Source of the DNA: Leucoraja ocellata
Taxonomy: Eukaryota
Assembly (NCBI GenBank): GCA_036785375.1
Contig: JAWMAR010000063.1
Coordinates: 6,200,001 to 6,264,000 of the forward strand
DNA length: 64,000 nucleotides
Direction of reading: 5' to 3'
Below the pieces are notes generated by a model. The model saw only the letters and a list, made by a program, of their open reading frames with translations, searched no databases and had not been told where the DNA came from. Below, piece by piece: positions 49,701 through 61,883 of this stretch. The position numbers and the translations under genes are program-made. The first letter of the stretch is position 1, and each line of letters starts with the position of its first letter.

Positions 49701-52700
49701 CTTTTCCAGATTTACAGATGATGCAAAACTCAGAGATGTCGTGAACTGCAAGGATAAAAATAATCCAACAAAACAGGCTGTTGGAAACTAGTAGCAGATG
49801 CAAGTTTAATGCTGCAAAATGTGGCGTTACATTTTCATAGGAAAAGCAAGGATAAGCAACATAAACAAAGTGACACAATTTTAAAAGGGGTACAAGATCA
49901 AACTGATGCATATTGTTCACTAAAATTGGAGGACACATTGAAAACACAGATTGAAAACACAGTGAAATGCACATATAGAATTCTGGGCCTTATAAGCAGA
50001 AGCAGAGTGCAAATGTAATTCATGATAAACCTCTGAGACACCACACCTTAGGAAAGATGTAAAGGTTTTGGAGTGGCACAGAACAGATTTATCAAAATGG
50101 GTTTGCTGATGAGATTGTGAGAATATTGATGAGAGATTTCAAAATATCTATAAATAGAGAAAAGCTATTCCTGTTGGCATAATTGTTAAGAGCCAGAGGA
50201 TGTAGGATGAAGAAATTGGCAGAAGACTCATATTTGGAAAAATACAGTAAGTGATTATGGTCCAAAATCTTCCGCTTAGGAAGTTGTGGAGGCAGATTCA
50301 ATTGTGGTATTTAAAAGTGAGCTGCATAAGGATCAAAAAGGAAACACTTTGAAGGAGTATGAATTTGAAGGTATCGCAAGGCTCGGTGCTGGGACTGCAG
50401 CTATTTACAATATACATTAAAGATTTAGATGAAGGGATTAAAAGTAACATTAGCAAATTTGCAGATGACACAAAGCTGGGTGTCAGTGTGAACTGTGCGA
50501 AGGATGCAGAGTGATTTGAACAGGTTGGGTGTGGGCAGATGCATGGCAGATGCAGTTTAAAGTGGATAAATGTGATGTTATCCACTTTGGTGGCAAAAAC
50601 AGGAAGGCCGATTATTATCTGAATGGTGTCAAGTTGGGAAAAGGGGAAGTACAATGAGATCTGGGGGGTCCTTGTTCATCAGTCACTGTAAGTAAGCATG
50701 CAGGTACAGCAGGCAGTGAAGAAAGCAAATGGCATGTTGGCCTTCATAACAAGCAGAGTTAAGTATAGGAGCAAAGAGGTCCTGCAGTTCTACAGGGCTC
50801 TAGTGAGACCACATCTGGAGTATTGTGTGCAGTTTCGGTCTCCAAATTTGTGGAAGGACATTCTTGATATCGAGGGAGTGCAGAGTAGGTTCACGAGGTT
50901 AATTCCCGGGATGGTGGGACTGTCATATTTTCCCTGAATGCATTCAAGAGAGAGTTAGATAGAGTTCTTATGGATAGCAGAGTTAAGGGATATGGAGAGA
51001 AGGCAGGAACGAGGTACTGATTGTGGATGATCAGCCATGATCTCATTGAATTGTGGTGCTGGCTCGAAGGCCCGAATGGCCTACTCCTGCATCTATTGTC
51101 TATTGACTAAAGGGAGAGGGCAGGAGAACTAAGATTAGCTGAATTAATCATATACGGATACTGACTGAACAACTTCTAATCTTGTGTGTGGACTCGATAA
51201 GAAGTGCAACACTTAAGTAACACAAACTGGAACCAGAGCCAAAACCTTCCAGCTCAGGCAAGACGTTCATCACTGAACAATAGCTGACACTTACTAATGG
51301 CCTGTTGATTGCACAGAGAAATCTGTGCAGTACAGGTAAGCAAAATTTGACTACCTATCAGACACATATAGTATCGTCACATCACATTCAAAACCAATTC
51401 AAATGCAATGGTAATAAAAACAATTAACATATAATTACTGCAACTTGACAATTATTACAGAAAACAACCTACCTCTGGAGGTTGCTGACATTGGGAAGCT
51501 GTTACCAGAAATCCTCTCTGGAACTTTAGAGCTTCATTCACCATGTTAGCCTAATTGGAGAAGAAAACGTGTTGAATACATAGCAAAATCATTTCACCCA
51601 CACAAATCTGAGTTTAGGTTCAAACAGAACTGTTTTGATTCATTATTTTCACAATTAAAATTTGCCTAAACTCCATGCAAAAGCAATCATTCAATATTCA
51701 TTGATCTTAATTAACATATTCTGCCAATTGCCCGATCAACTCACAGCCAGCTCAGAGTAATTGCATAACTCACTAATTTTATTGTGACCAACTCATCTTA
51801 TATTCCCATCAATGACCCCAGATTCTAGAACTATATATCCACCAGGGGCACTTTATGTGCGGCCAAATAGCTCACTGTCTTCGCCTCTTCCTTTCTTTTT
51901 CCCACCCCCACATCAGTTTGAAGAAGGGTCTCGATCCGAAACGTCACCTATTCCTTCGCTCCATAGATGCTGCCTCATCCGCTGAGTTTCTCCAGCATTT
52001 TTGTCTACCTTTGATTTTTCTAGCATCTGCAGTTTTCTTAAAGATTTCCTTAACATGTACATTTATGTAGATATATTTGAAAATTCCAAAATAAGGCCAT
52101 GGGCCAATGAAACAGGTAGATTGATCTGTGGATAGCAAATCAGCAGATAACGGAAATCAAGTGTACAGTGCAGCAATACTGCAATTGTTTACGATAAGTG
52201 AATCGTTAATTAGCATCAATTTTTCTAGTGGATAGTTTTGATGACATACCATTGACTGAAATGGAGATAAAATTGTACATTGTGATAAGCGGGGTTGGGA
52301 AAATTCTGTAACATGGACATTCTTTCCACATTGCTTTTATGACAGTACCAATTTTAAGACCACAGGCTCCAATAAATATCTTATACCACAGCAAATCAAA
52401 TCATCATAGATTCAAATATTGTCCACAATACTCAATCACAGTGGTATTGTGGGCATTTTACTGCAAGTATGTTTTACTTTACAAGCAAGGTATTACCTAT
52501 GTTTTAATTGTAAGCAAGTGGCATTGGTTTTTCATCTCCCTGACATCAAGCAATTCAAGAAATTATTTCTCTGGATTTCAATGTAATTGAACTGCAGATT
52601 CCTGACAAATTGGCGTATTTATAACGACAGGGTCAAAGCAAAAGGTTTAAAAACAATGTTTTAAATAAAGCTAATCATGGTGACTCCACCACACTTTTCA

Positions 52701-55194
52701 TTGTTCCTTACTTTATATAATAACACAATACACAAAATCAATCAATATGAAAATAGATGCTATGGGTGAGCTTCTTCCTCATCATTATCCCATTATCAGG
52801 AATATTGTGACATAGCTACCTATAATGTAAAGACAAAGCACTCACGTGTGTTGCAACATCGCCACCAATTTCTATGCTTAGTTTATAATATGTTGCCATT
52901 GGCCCAGCAAGGAGCTCATCAAATGCTTCAACATAGGGAGCAACCTCTGTAAAGTAATAAAAATATTGTTAGAGGTGACGAAAGCAGCATTGTAGTAGGT
53001 AGACAAGTAATAATGCACAAAAGTAGACGTTACAAAATGGAGGATAGTTACATAATATGTTATAGAACAGAGAACCAAGTGGGTTGTGGTTTTTGACCAC
53101 ATTTCATTTCCGTGGGCTTATGTACATAACTGGCAAGCTAGGCCTCCGTTATTAGATGCGAGGCAGTTTGAGCACAAGATCATAGAATATAGGATTATGA
53201 TTCTTGTTCAGGACAACAAAATGTCTGGTTTACATTAGGGCGAGACACAAGAACTGTTCATCAACAGTCCATAAGATGGTAATAATAATAATAATAATAA
53301 TCTTTATTTATATAGCACTTTTCAACAAAACCAGTATTTGAACCAAAGTGCTTTACAGAGATTGATTAAATTAATTGAACAGATCAAATGTCAATAAATC
53401 CATAAAAACAAAAAAAAGAGAAAAAAGAAAAAAGACACAGAACAGTACACTATAGAAATCAACAAGAAACGTCCCCCCACAGCAGAATTCACTGTGAGGG
53501 AAGGCACTAAAAATATCCAGTTCTCCCCCTCATAGTCCACCCGAGGTCGGGGTCTATATGTGGCCTCCTCAGCCAACTCGATGTTCTCAGGCCCTCTGCC
53601 GCAAAGCTGGATCATCTTATTTATTTATTTATTTATTTGTTTATTTGTTTATCATCATATCATCGGTAGGAGCTTTTCATGTAAAACGCCTGCATGGGTG
53701 TGCATATAATATAGGTTGATATTACTGGTTTATAATAAACTGCGTCGAGCTGGAAATAATGGATTTTCCCTTTGTTCCATGCAGTTGGTTGCCAGAGATT
53801 TGTTGCAACTGACTCAATTTATAGTCGTACAGCGTGGAAACGGACCCTTCGGCTCAACTTACCCACACTAGTCTCACCTGCCTGCTTTTATCCCATATCC
53901 CTCTAAACCCATCCTATGTATCTGTCTAATTGTTTCTTAAATATATAAACCTTGTGGCCGTCATTCTTATGTCCAAGACACCTCACATGCCCTTCGTCTT
54001 TTTAATGACTTCCACTTTCCGAGACCCCACCCCCTCATCTTTACTATGGATGTTCAGTCACTCTACAACCCCATCCCCCACCAAGAAGGCCTTAAAGCCC
54101 TGTTATTTCCTCGATCTCAGAACCACCCAATTTCCCTCCACTAACACTCTACTCCGCCAAGCTGAGCTGGTCCTCACCCGCAACAACCTCCTTTGACTCC
54201 TCTCACTTCCTCCAAGTTCAATGCGTAACTATGGGCACCCGCATGGGCCCCAGCTATGCCGGCCTCTTTGTAGGGTATGTTGAACAATCCCAGTTCCAGG
54301 CGTACACAGGCCCTATGCCAGAACTATCATCATTGACGACTACATCAGTGCTACCTCCTGCACCCATGCAGAACTCATGGACTTCAACTTCACCACCAAT
54401 TTCCATCCTGCACTCAGATTTACTTGAACCTTCTCCGGCACCTCCCTCCACTTCCTTGATCCCACTGTCTCCATCACAGGAAATAGACTATCGACAGACG
54501 TGTATTACAAACCCACTGACTCCCACAACTATCTTGACTATATTTCTTCCCACCTGCTTCTTGCAAAGACCATCCCCTACTCCCAATTCCTCCGTCTCCA
54601 CTGCATCTGCGTCCAAGATGAGGTGTTCCATACCTGGTAGGGAACAGTGGTCCCCCTCTCCCCATTATAGATGAGGCCCTCACTCATGTCTCCTCGGTAC
54701 CCCGCAGCTCTGCCCTTGCTCCCCCTCCCCTTAGTCGCAACAGAGCATGCTACTTATCACGATGGAAAGAACTGTTCACCTCAAAAATGCTCAACTTTTT
54801 TTTCCACTGTTGATTTCCTATCCTGCTTTTCCATACGGCATGGCGTCAATTGGCAAAACCAAAACTGAACTAGTAACCATTGCAGTCAATCCGTAAGAGA
54901 TCTGTATTAATAGAATGGCATCCATGCAACTACACTCCAGTTAGCCTTAGAATGATCCAGCCACAGTCAGATCATGCAACAAACTCAAAGCAACACATAG
55001 CCATACATCTTAACACTGACAATTCATTTGCATGGCAGAATAAAGTGCAGGATAGAACTTCATCCTTTAACATCAAACAATTGTTTTTCTTTACCATCGG
55101 AAGAACCAATTTCATTTCCACCAGATGGTTGTAATGTCTCCAACCGCAATACTGCTTTCTCCAGTCTCTGTACAAGAGTTTCCATGTTAGCCAT
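28672..55194 (-). CDS. CAP1: Adenylyl cyclase-associated protein 1 (CAP1/Srv2 family), 12 coding exons, 1410 nt, 469 aa
   Basis: Minus-strand exons 55194-55095, 52946-52846, 51550-51473, 44475-44332, 42718-42633, 40148-40043, 38156-37967, 35199-35027, 34345-34222, 33006-32924, 31149-31009, 28755-28672 join in frame. RLE motif ([13 protein letters not shown]), helical domain ([31 protein letters not shown]), polyproline, WH2 (LKHV...KTHKNP), CARP ([19 protein letters not shown]). Called CAP1 rather than CAP2 from tail-to-tail synteny with PPT1. Confidence 0.95.
29288..29570 (-). mobile_element. tRNA-derived V-SINE (HE1-like)
   Basis: Reverse-complement homolog of 14618-14910. Confidence 0.85.
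29610..30065 (+). mobile_element. CR1-type LINE 3' fragment
   Basis: [14 protein letters not shown]...KRHLD CR1 ORF2 C-terminus and tail. Confidence 0.7.
31009..31149 (-). CDS. CAP1: CAP1 coding exon 11
   Basis: [47 protein letters not shown] |gtaagt. Confidence 0.95.
32130..32794 (+). mobile_element. Two tandem CR1 LINE 3' fragments
   Basis: Two successive copies, each ending gggccgaatggcctactcctg(c/t)acctattt(c/t)ctatgtttctatgt; [14 protein letters not shown] motif. Confidence 0.85.
32924..33006 (-). CDS. CAP1: CAP1 coding exon 10
   Basis: [27 protein letters not shown] |gtaatt. Confidence 0.95.
33392..33681 (+). mobile_element. tRNA-derived V-SINE (HE1-like)
   Basis: Homolog of 14618-14910 with A/B boxes and ctaaactaaa tail. 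Confidence 0.85.
34222..34345 (-). CDS. CAP1: CAP1 coding exon 9
   Basis: [41 protein letters not shown] |gtaagt. Confidence 0.95.
35027..35199 (-). CDS. CAP1: CAP1 coding exon 8
   Basis: [57 protein letters not shown] |gtgagt. Confidence 0.95.
35788..35979. mobile_element. PIF/Harbinger-type MITE
   Basis: TIRs AGTGCCAGTCCCACTTTCACGACCT / AGGGCATGTCCCACTTTCATGACCT; TTA TSD on both sides; internal cgacc repeats. Confidence 0.75.
36306..36807 (+). mobile_element. 5'-truncated L1-like LINE with 3' UTR and A-rich tail
   Basis: C-terminus ..HLEDMRFLL...[13 protein letters not shown]; AATAAA/A-rich end; 13-bp TSD AAAACGAGGAAGA (36293-36305, 36808-36820); inserted into a Penelope-derived repeat (~36000-36290). 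Confidence 0.75.
37967..38156 (-). CDS. CAP1: CAP1 coding exon 7 (polyproline, start of WH2)
   Basis: [63 protein letters not shown] |gtaagt. Confidence 0.93.
40043..40148 (-). CDS. CAP1: CAP1 coding exon 6
   Basis: [35 protein letters not shown] |gtgagt. Confidence 0.95.
41137..41941 (+). mobile_element. GC-rich non-autonomous retroposon with Rex1/Babar-type tail
   Basis: Shares 5' ctgcag.ctgtccg and 3' gccttccatcacag...atgacaa segments with 24690-25305; internal (CTG)n; ends (ttgactc)2. Confidence 0.65.
42633..42718 (-). CDS. CAP1: CAP1 coding exon 5
   Basis: [28 protein letters not shown] |gtatga. Confidence 0.95.
43552..43731 (+). mobile_element. Penelope-derived short insertion with inverted 5' end
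   Basis: 14-bp TSD AACATAATCGCTGT (43538-43551, 43732-43745); internal perfect 16-bp palindrome arms. Confidence 0.75.
44332..44475 (-). CDS. CAP1: CAP1 coding exon 4
   Basis: [48 protein letters not shown] |gtaagt. Confidence 0.95.
44765..45285 (+). mobile_element. Rex1/Babar LINE 3' fragment
   Basis: [32 protein letters not shown]...[15 protein letters not shown]...[11 protein letters not shown]; tail ttgttgta..tacaatgacaaataaa. Confidence 0.85.
45300..45930 (-). mobile_element. CR1-type LINE fragment
   Basis: Minus [13 protein letters not shown]...RGHGY...LRGNFF is CR1 ORF2. Confidence 0.7.
50371..51107 (+). mobile_element. CR1 LINE RT fragment plus 3' tail (internally deleted)
   Basis: [42 protein letters not shown] motifs; frameshifted. 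Confidence 0.85.
51473..51550 (-). CDS. CAP1: CAP1 coding exon 3
   Basis: [26 protein letters not shown] |gtaggt. Confidence 0.93.
52846..52946 (-). CDS. CAP1: CAP1 coding exon 2
   Basis: [33 protein letters not shown] |gtgagt. Confidence 0.93.
53279..53612 (-). mobile_element. SINE-like element with L2-type tail
   Basis: Minus-strand 3' end gtaaagcactttg...aaaagtgctatataaataaag(att)n; body homologous to 24690-25305 and 41137-41941. Confidence 0.6.
53985..54745 (+). mobile_element. Penelope-like retroelement RT fragment
   Basis: [52 protein letters not shown] motifs spread over several frames. Confidence 0.85.
55095..55194 (-). CDS. CAP1: CAP1 coding exon 1 (exon begins 55203 with a short 5' UTR)
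   Basis: [33 protein letters not shown]; G|gtaaag. Confidence 0.92.
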
Positions 55195-56676
55195 TGTTCA
55201 AACCTAGAGAAAAAGGGGCAACAAGTTAAACAATGCAATAGTCAAATATTATTTAATATATTGATTATGCAATTGTTATGCCATCTTACCCATGTGCAAT
55301 ATAACCTTTTAAAAACTTCAATTGTTGGACTGCTGGCACACATTTTTGCAATAACTGACGCAAAGCAGTATTTCCTACACATTTCTAACATATGCAACAT
55401 TTTAGAGAGCCTGCTTCCTTATTTTCATTAAGGCAAGTACTTTATGCAAAAACAGTACTCCAATGTTTATCTAGGCTACTTTTGATGATTTATTTTCAAG
55501 CCTCCACTCAAGATTTAATAGCAAGGTCATATAAAAATACTTTACAGAAATATGTCTCAAATGTTACATAGCTTGGGGTTTTGTGAAAACTTGCAACTTT
55601 CAAGGAAAAAACATCTAGAACATAGTACATGAACAAGACTGTTGGCCCACAATCCACATACCAAACATGATGCCAACTTAAACAAATCTCCTCTGCCTGC
55701 ATCTGATCCCTATATCTCCATTTTCTACATATACCATGTGCCAATGTGACCAAAAATTAATATTTTTGATCTTTCATTTCAAAAATGAAAGGCCACATTT
55801 TTTATTTGATCTTCCATCGTGCAGTTGTCTAGGTGTCTGTAGCGTACATATAAAACATCCTAACCATTGAGTATTCCTGGCATAGCTCCTGGCTAACTAA
55901 TTATAACAAAGTAAGATATATGCATGATCACATAGTTAAAAATTGCAATGAAATATAATTCTGCTATTGAGCAAGTGAATCACTCAATTCATTCACATCA
56001 AACAAAAGCTTATATATCAATGATCTTGCATCTTTAGGATATAAGTCTGCCCACCATACTGGTGTGGTCCAAACCAACTCTTGCTCTGAATGTACAAAGC
56101 CTGGCAATTTTTATTTTACACATTTAGTGATAACTCTCATCATGACTGTATGGCTTTCCTTTAAGTGCTACAGTTTCCTCTCACATCCTAAAGACATACT
56201 GGTAGTTTAATTGGTGACTATTCAATGTACTTCGTGAAGATAATTGACAAAAGAATAAGAGATGAGTTGATGGGCAAGAGAATAGATTAATGGTAAATAA
56301 AAAATAATGGGATTTCCCCTATGGTTCATGCTGCTTCACACACCAAGTACAAGATAAGAAATCACCATCAACAGCATTTCCATGACTTGGATTTCTATAA
56401 AAAGCCTGCTGCAAAGCAAATCTCCAACATAAAAAGAGATCCCTCTACATTTTCCACAATTATAGAATAATTATTTACGAGAAAATATATTTAGTACCTT
56501 GCATTCAATGTAGCACTTAAAACGGTGATTATACATTTCTTAAGTGTACTCCATTTTATGAACCACCAATTTAAACATTTTGAGACTTCCTGTTCAAATG
56601 GCTGTGTAACAACCAACATATCCTAATCAGTACAAAGTACACTTTATTGGAAATGACTCATTTTAAGATTGACTCA

Positions 56677-56976
56677 GTACTTAAGGACCATCATGTCAAA
56701 ATGTTTTAATTTTTTTTTGGGACTTACATCTCACTGTAATAGTGACAGTTTGAGTGAAATACTTCCATCTTTAAAGAAACAAATGACTGATTTAAAAACA
56801 GGAGGCATTGAACTGAGGATTTTGTTTGTGCATAAAATCCTCAGTTCAATGCCTCTTGTTTTTAAATCAGTAATTTGTTTCTTTAAAGATGCAAGTATTT
56901 AGCTCAGACTGTCACTATTGCAATGAGAAGCAAGTCCCAAAAAGAAAAACTTTTTGACTTGTTGGTCCTTAAGTAC
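56677..56976. repeat. ~300-bp imperfect palindrome (fold-back)
   Basis: gtacttaaggacc...gaggatttt|gtttgtgcat|aaaatcctc...ggtccttaagtac. Confidence 0.9.
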
Positions 56977-57904
56977 GCAAGAAGATTGAACTGAGGATGA
57001 ACATGAATTATTTGTCCGTCCGTTAATGGAAACATAATTGATACACTGGTACCGTTCTGTTCTTTGAAGTACCATCGTTACATTTTGTGGATAAAGGGAA
57101 ACCAGCAAAGTGCAGTAAAATCTCAAGATTTCCAGAAGGCCCGTGACAACATGCCACGTCAAAAGATATTGCAGAAAATAACAGCTCATGCCGTTGGGTG
57201 TAGCATACTGATGTGAATAAAAGATTGGCTGGTTATCAGGGAATATAGCAATAAATAAATCTTTCTCTGCTTGGAAAGATGAAACAAACGTTGCTCTACA
57301 GGATTGCGTTTGATCCCATTATTTGACAATTTATGTAATGGCAGATTAGGACACTGAGGGTATTATTATTTAAATTACTGAGGTGGTTGCGAATAGAAGA
57401 CATGGATGGGTTACACGAATGGAAGAATATCTAGTAAATGGAGCACAGTGGAGGAAAATATAACATTTCCAACCTTGGCAAGAAAAATAAAGCATATTAT
57501 TTAAATGATGAAAGACTGCACCGGACTTTATGTGTTCAGTTTCCAAATGGCATAAAGGCAAGTAATTAGGAAAGCCAAGTGTTATTGTTAATTATAAGGA
57601 CACTTAAACGCAAAAATAGGGAAGTTAGTTTTGGTTGTATAGGGCATTGGAAACATTGGATACAAGTCTATCAATTGGACAAATGGTCGACTTGTGTTTG
57701 CTACAAACCCACCGATTCCCAAAGTTCTTAAGAAGGAACTGCAGATGCTGGAAAATCGAAGGTACACAAAAATGATGGGAGAAACTCAGCAGGTGCAGCA
57801 GCATCTACGGAGCAAAGGAAATAGGCAATGTTTCGGGCCGAAACCCTTCTTCAGACTCCCAAAGTTCCCTTGACTACACCTCCTCCCACCCCGTCATAAG
57901 ACCA

Positions 57905-58302
57905 TTACACATCGGAGCAGAATGGCACCATTCAGCCCATCGAGTCAACTCCACCACACAATCATGGCTGATCTATCTTTCCCTCTCAACCCTTCTCCCC
58001 ATGACCTTTGACACCCTTCCTAATAAAGAACCTATCCATCTCCACTTTAAACATACCCAATGCCTTGGCCTCCGCAGCCACCCATGACAATGAATGCCAT
58101 AGATTTACCACCCTCTTGCTAAAGTAATTCTTCCTCATCCCCATTCTAAAGGTACATCCTTTTATTCTGAGGCTGTGTCCTCTGGTTCCAGACTCTCCCA
58201 TTACTGGAAATGCCCTTTCCATGTCCACTCTATCCAGCCCTTCATTATGTGGCAGATTTCAATAAGATTACCCACTCATCCTTTTAAATTCCAGCGAGTA
58301 CA
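57905..58302 (-). mobile_element. CR1 LINE 3' fragment
   Basis: ORF 57986-58228 TRGHSLRIKG..RVVNLWHSL..FKVEMDRF. Confidence 0.8.
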
Positions 58303-59505
58303 GGGACTTCTGCCCAGGCCTTGTCCCACCCTCACCTCTTTTCCAGTTTTAAGAATGGACCTGACCCGAAACATTGCCTCCGCAGATGCTGCCTACCCCA
58401 TTGAGTTACTCCAGGACTTTCTACTTTGAACAATATGTACAGAATCAAGGCCCTATTTCATGTATTGAAAGCAGTTCAGAATCTAACACTTGTTTGGGCA
58501 AGCTGGGTGCTGAGGAATGATTGGCAGGCTAACAATGTACCTGTTCGAATTTAGAAAAGTGATTGAGGCTTGACTGAACCTGAAGATCTTGAGGCAGCTG
58601 ATAGGGTCAGATAGATAATCTAGAAATGCGTTTGGCCATTTTAAACAGATGAGGTCACATTTCTTTACAGGTTCTGAATCTTTGAAACTCCTTGCCTCAA
58701 AGGGCAGTGGAAGAAAGATCTGAATATTTTTAACGTAGTGGTAGATACATTCTTGATAAGCAGAAGGGTGCAACATTTAAACATGTAGACTGGAACTCAG
58801 AGCTAAGGTTTTAATCAAATCAGTCAAGATCTTTTAAAATAGTGGAGCAGATGGGAGCCAAGTGGCTTACTTTTACTCCTAATTCACGCATTTGCATGTT
58901 AATTTGTACGTCCAACATTTTTAGGAACCAGGAAGTCTCACATTAAAAAAATCTTCGGAAAGGATGCTTCTGTATTCCTGTGCCTCAGTTAGTTATTACG
59001 TGGACAAACTTCAGAAATTGCAGTATAGTTCAAAACTGCGCTCATACATCAGAGGATGGAGCAGACATCAGAAATATACAGGATGTGTTGGAAGGAACTG
59101 CTGATGCCGGTTTAAACCGAAGATAGACACAAAATGCTGGAGTAACTCAGCAGGACAGACAGCATCTCTGGAGAGAGGAATGGGTGACGTTCCAGATCGA
59201 GACCCTTCATAAGTTGGTTAAAGTTTTTCAATCAAAAAACAACTGAAAAACAGGCCGGTCATACAATGACCACTGAGATTTAATAAGATGTAATATTCTT
59301 AAAGAAACAGATATTTATGAGTTTACATCAGCTAAACACCCAATTTTAGAATCAAACAGTTCTACTGGAAAACTACACTTCTCATATCTGTCAGTTCAGC
59401 TGCTGCAATGTCAAAAGCAGAAGGAAGCCCTGTATGGTATTGCAACACACTTGGGGTATGGTCAATACTTTAAAATGGTGTATCATTCAGATTAGACTTG
59501 CTTGT

Positions 59506-59780
59506 TTAACTAATATTTAATGTTATGTTAAAACTCTACTTGAGTGTCTTGTCTGAATTAAAAGTACAAGCCAAATTAATGATATGGAGTGAACATAAAA
59601 TAATTGCTCTATCAAGAACATATTGTTGTGCATTTAGGATGCTGACAAAGTAATAAAGGTTAAAATTCTTATTCACTATATTGGCCTTGATTCAGCATCT
59701 CTGTATGCTTGCCCTTCCTTGCCATGGTTGGAATATGTTGATCAATTTAGGCTGAAGTATTGGTGCACAATACATATCAT
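59506..59780. repeat. Left arm of a ~275-bp inverted repeat (partner 61609-61883)
   Basis: For example tctgaattaaaagtacaagccaaattaatgatatggagtgaa is reverse-complemented at ~61788-61829. Confidence 0.85.
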
Positions 59781-59789
59781 AGACAATAG

Positions 59790-60255
59790 AAGGTTAATTT
59801 CCAGGATGGCTGGACTGTCATACGCTGAGAATAGAGTGGCTGGGCCTGTATACTCTGAAGTTTAGAAGGATGAGTGGGTATCTTATTGAAACATATAAGA
59901 TTATTAAGGGTTTGGACACGCTAGAGGCAGGAAACATGTTCCTGATGTTGGGGGAGTCCTGAAACCAGGGGCCACAGTTTAAGAATAAGGGGCAAGTCAT
60001 TTAGAACAGAGATGAGGAAACACTTTTTCTTACAAATAGTTGTGAGTCTGTGGAATTCACTGCCTCAGAGGGCAATAGAGGCCGGTTCTCTGGATATTTT
60101 CAAGAGAGAGCTAGATAAGGCTCTTAAAGATAGCAGTCAGGGGATATGGGGAGAAGGCAGGAACGGGGTACTGATTGGAGATGGTCAGCCATGATCACAT
60201 TGAATAGAAGGCTCGAAGGGCCGAATGGCATACTCCTGCACCTATTGTCTATTGA
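59790..60255 (+). mobile_element. CR1 LINE 3' fragment
   Basis: [26 protein letters not shown] plus tail. Confidence 0.8.
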
Positions 60256-61608
60256 CCCAATAGGAAAAAAGTTTCTGTACCACATAGAACACTTGTGGAA
60301 CACCTAGGCATGAACATTTCACCCAAACTTCTGCGATGATTCAACCATTTAAAGATTTCTGCTTCAAATAACTGCTTACATATTCCCAACCACATTTGAA
60401 TGAAAATCCTATATGCAATTTTTTAAGAACACAGCACTTTGTCTGTCACATGTCTGTCCACAACAAACACATCTCATTAAGAATGGCTTCTGTTCACAAA
60501 TCTTTTTTTCCTGGAAAATGTTCACAAAATACCTAGAATTTATTGAACAAGTATTTTTATGACTTGTAGAACCGATTTATAAAATTGTACCTATGTTCAA
60601 ATTTTAAATCTGGAGAAAGAAAAGTTTTGCTCAAAACAATATCTATCCTCTTTAAAATAACATTTGGCATCAGCCAAGAACTAAATAAAGATATAATTGT
60701 TACGGTGGAGGAGTTTGACCACAAGTTTGTCTTGTTGAAATCTACTTCTTGCCCGAGTCAGCAAAACGTTGCGCATTTATGATTGGATCACAGGGCAAGG
60801 GCATCCAATAGCTTAGTTGAAACCATTTCAGACATGCAACACGGCACAATAATACAATTCGAAGTTTAGTTTCCTGCTGAGGAATATTTTAGAGCATAGG
60901 ACACTTGAGGATTGAATATAAATATTTTACCAAAGCTTCTATGATGAATCAACCATTGAAAGATTCCTGCTTTGAATAACTGATTACATGTCCCAACTAC
61001 ATCAGAGTGAAAATCCCAAAGTTTTATGCACAGCATTATTCAGAGATTTCACAACACAGCATTGCCACATGTCCATTAATGTTATTTTGAAACCTTGTGG
61101 AAGAACTTGCATACAAAATGCAAGCTTACAACCTCTACCAAGGGCAGGGCTTCAGCCATATGGGAACACAATGTTCTCCTCTAAGTTGCGCACCATGCTG
61201 ACCTAGAAATATACCACCAATCCTTCATTTTTGCCGTTCAAACTCTGGATCCAGTTCTCCAACAGGATTGCATGAATACCTTCCGAGGGATGAGTTCAAG
61301 GAAGTAATTCATCACAACTAGAACTGCTAATGCTATTCTCACCTTCCATTGCTGGAAGAGATTATTCAACAATAAATGCTGAACTTGCCAGCAACACACA
61401 ATCCCAAGAGGTACAAAAAAAAACTCCTCTAAAAACAGAATACATTTTGAATTGTGTTTTAAAACCTGACACCATTAGAATAGGAAGTTTATTTTGTCAA
61501 AACGTAATGAATTTAAAATTTACTGAAGAACTCTAACAGTGGCCGTGAACACCAAAACAGAAATTAATCAGATTTTTACTGGATAAACACATTGTCAAAC
61601 TACTCATT

Positions 61609-61883
61609 TATAATATGTATTGTGCACCAACTCTTCAGCCCAAATTGATTAACACATTCCAACCATGGCAAGCATACAGAGATGCCGAAGCAAGGCCAAT
61701 ATAATGAATAAGAATTTTAACTCTTTATTACTTTGTCAGCATCCTAAACCCACAAAACCATATTCTTTATAGAGCAATTATTTTATATTCACTCCATATC
61801 ATTAATTTGGCTTGTACTTTTAATTCAGACAAAGAAATAAAACAAGACACTCTAGAGTTTTAACATAACAAGAAATATTAGTT
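61609..61883. repeat. Right arm of the inverted repeat
   Basis: Reverse complement of 59506-59780 with small indels. Confidence 0.85.
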
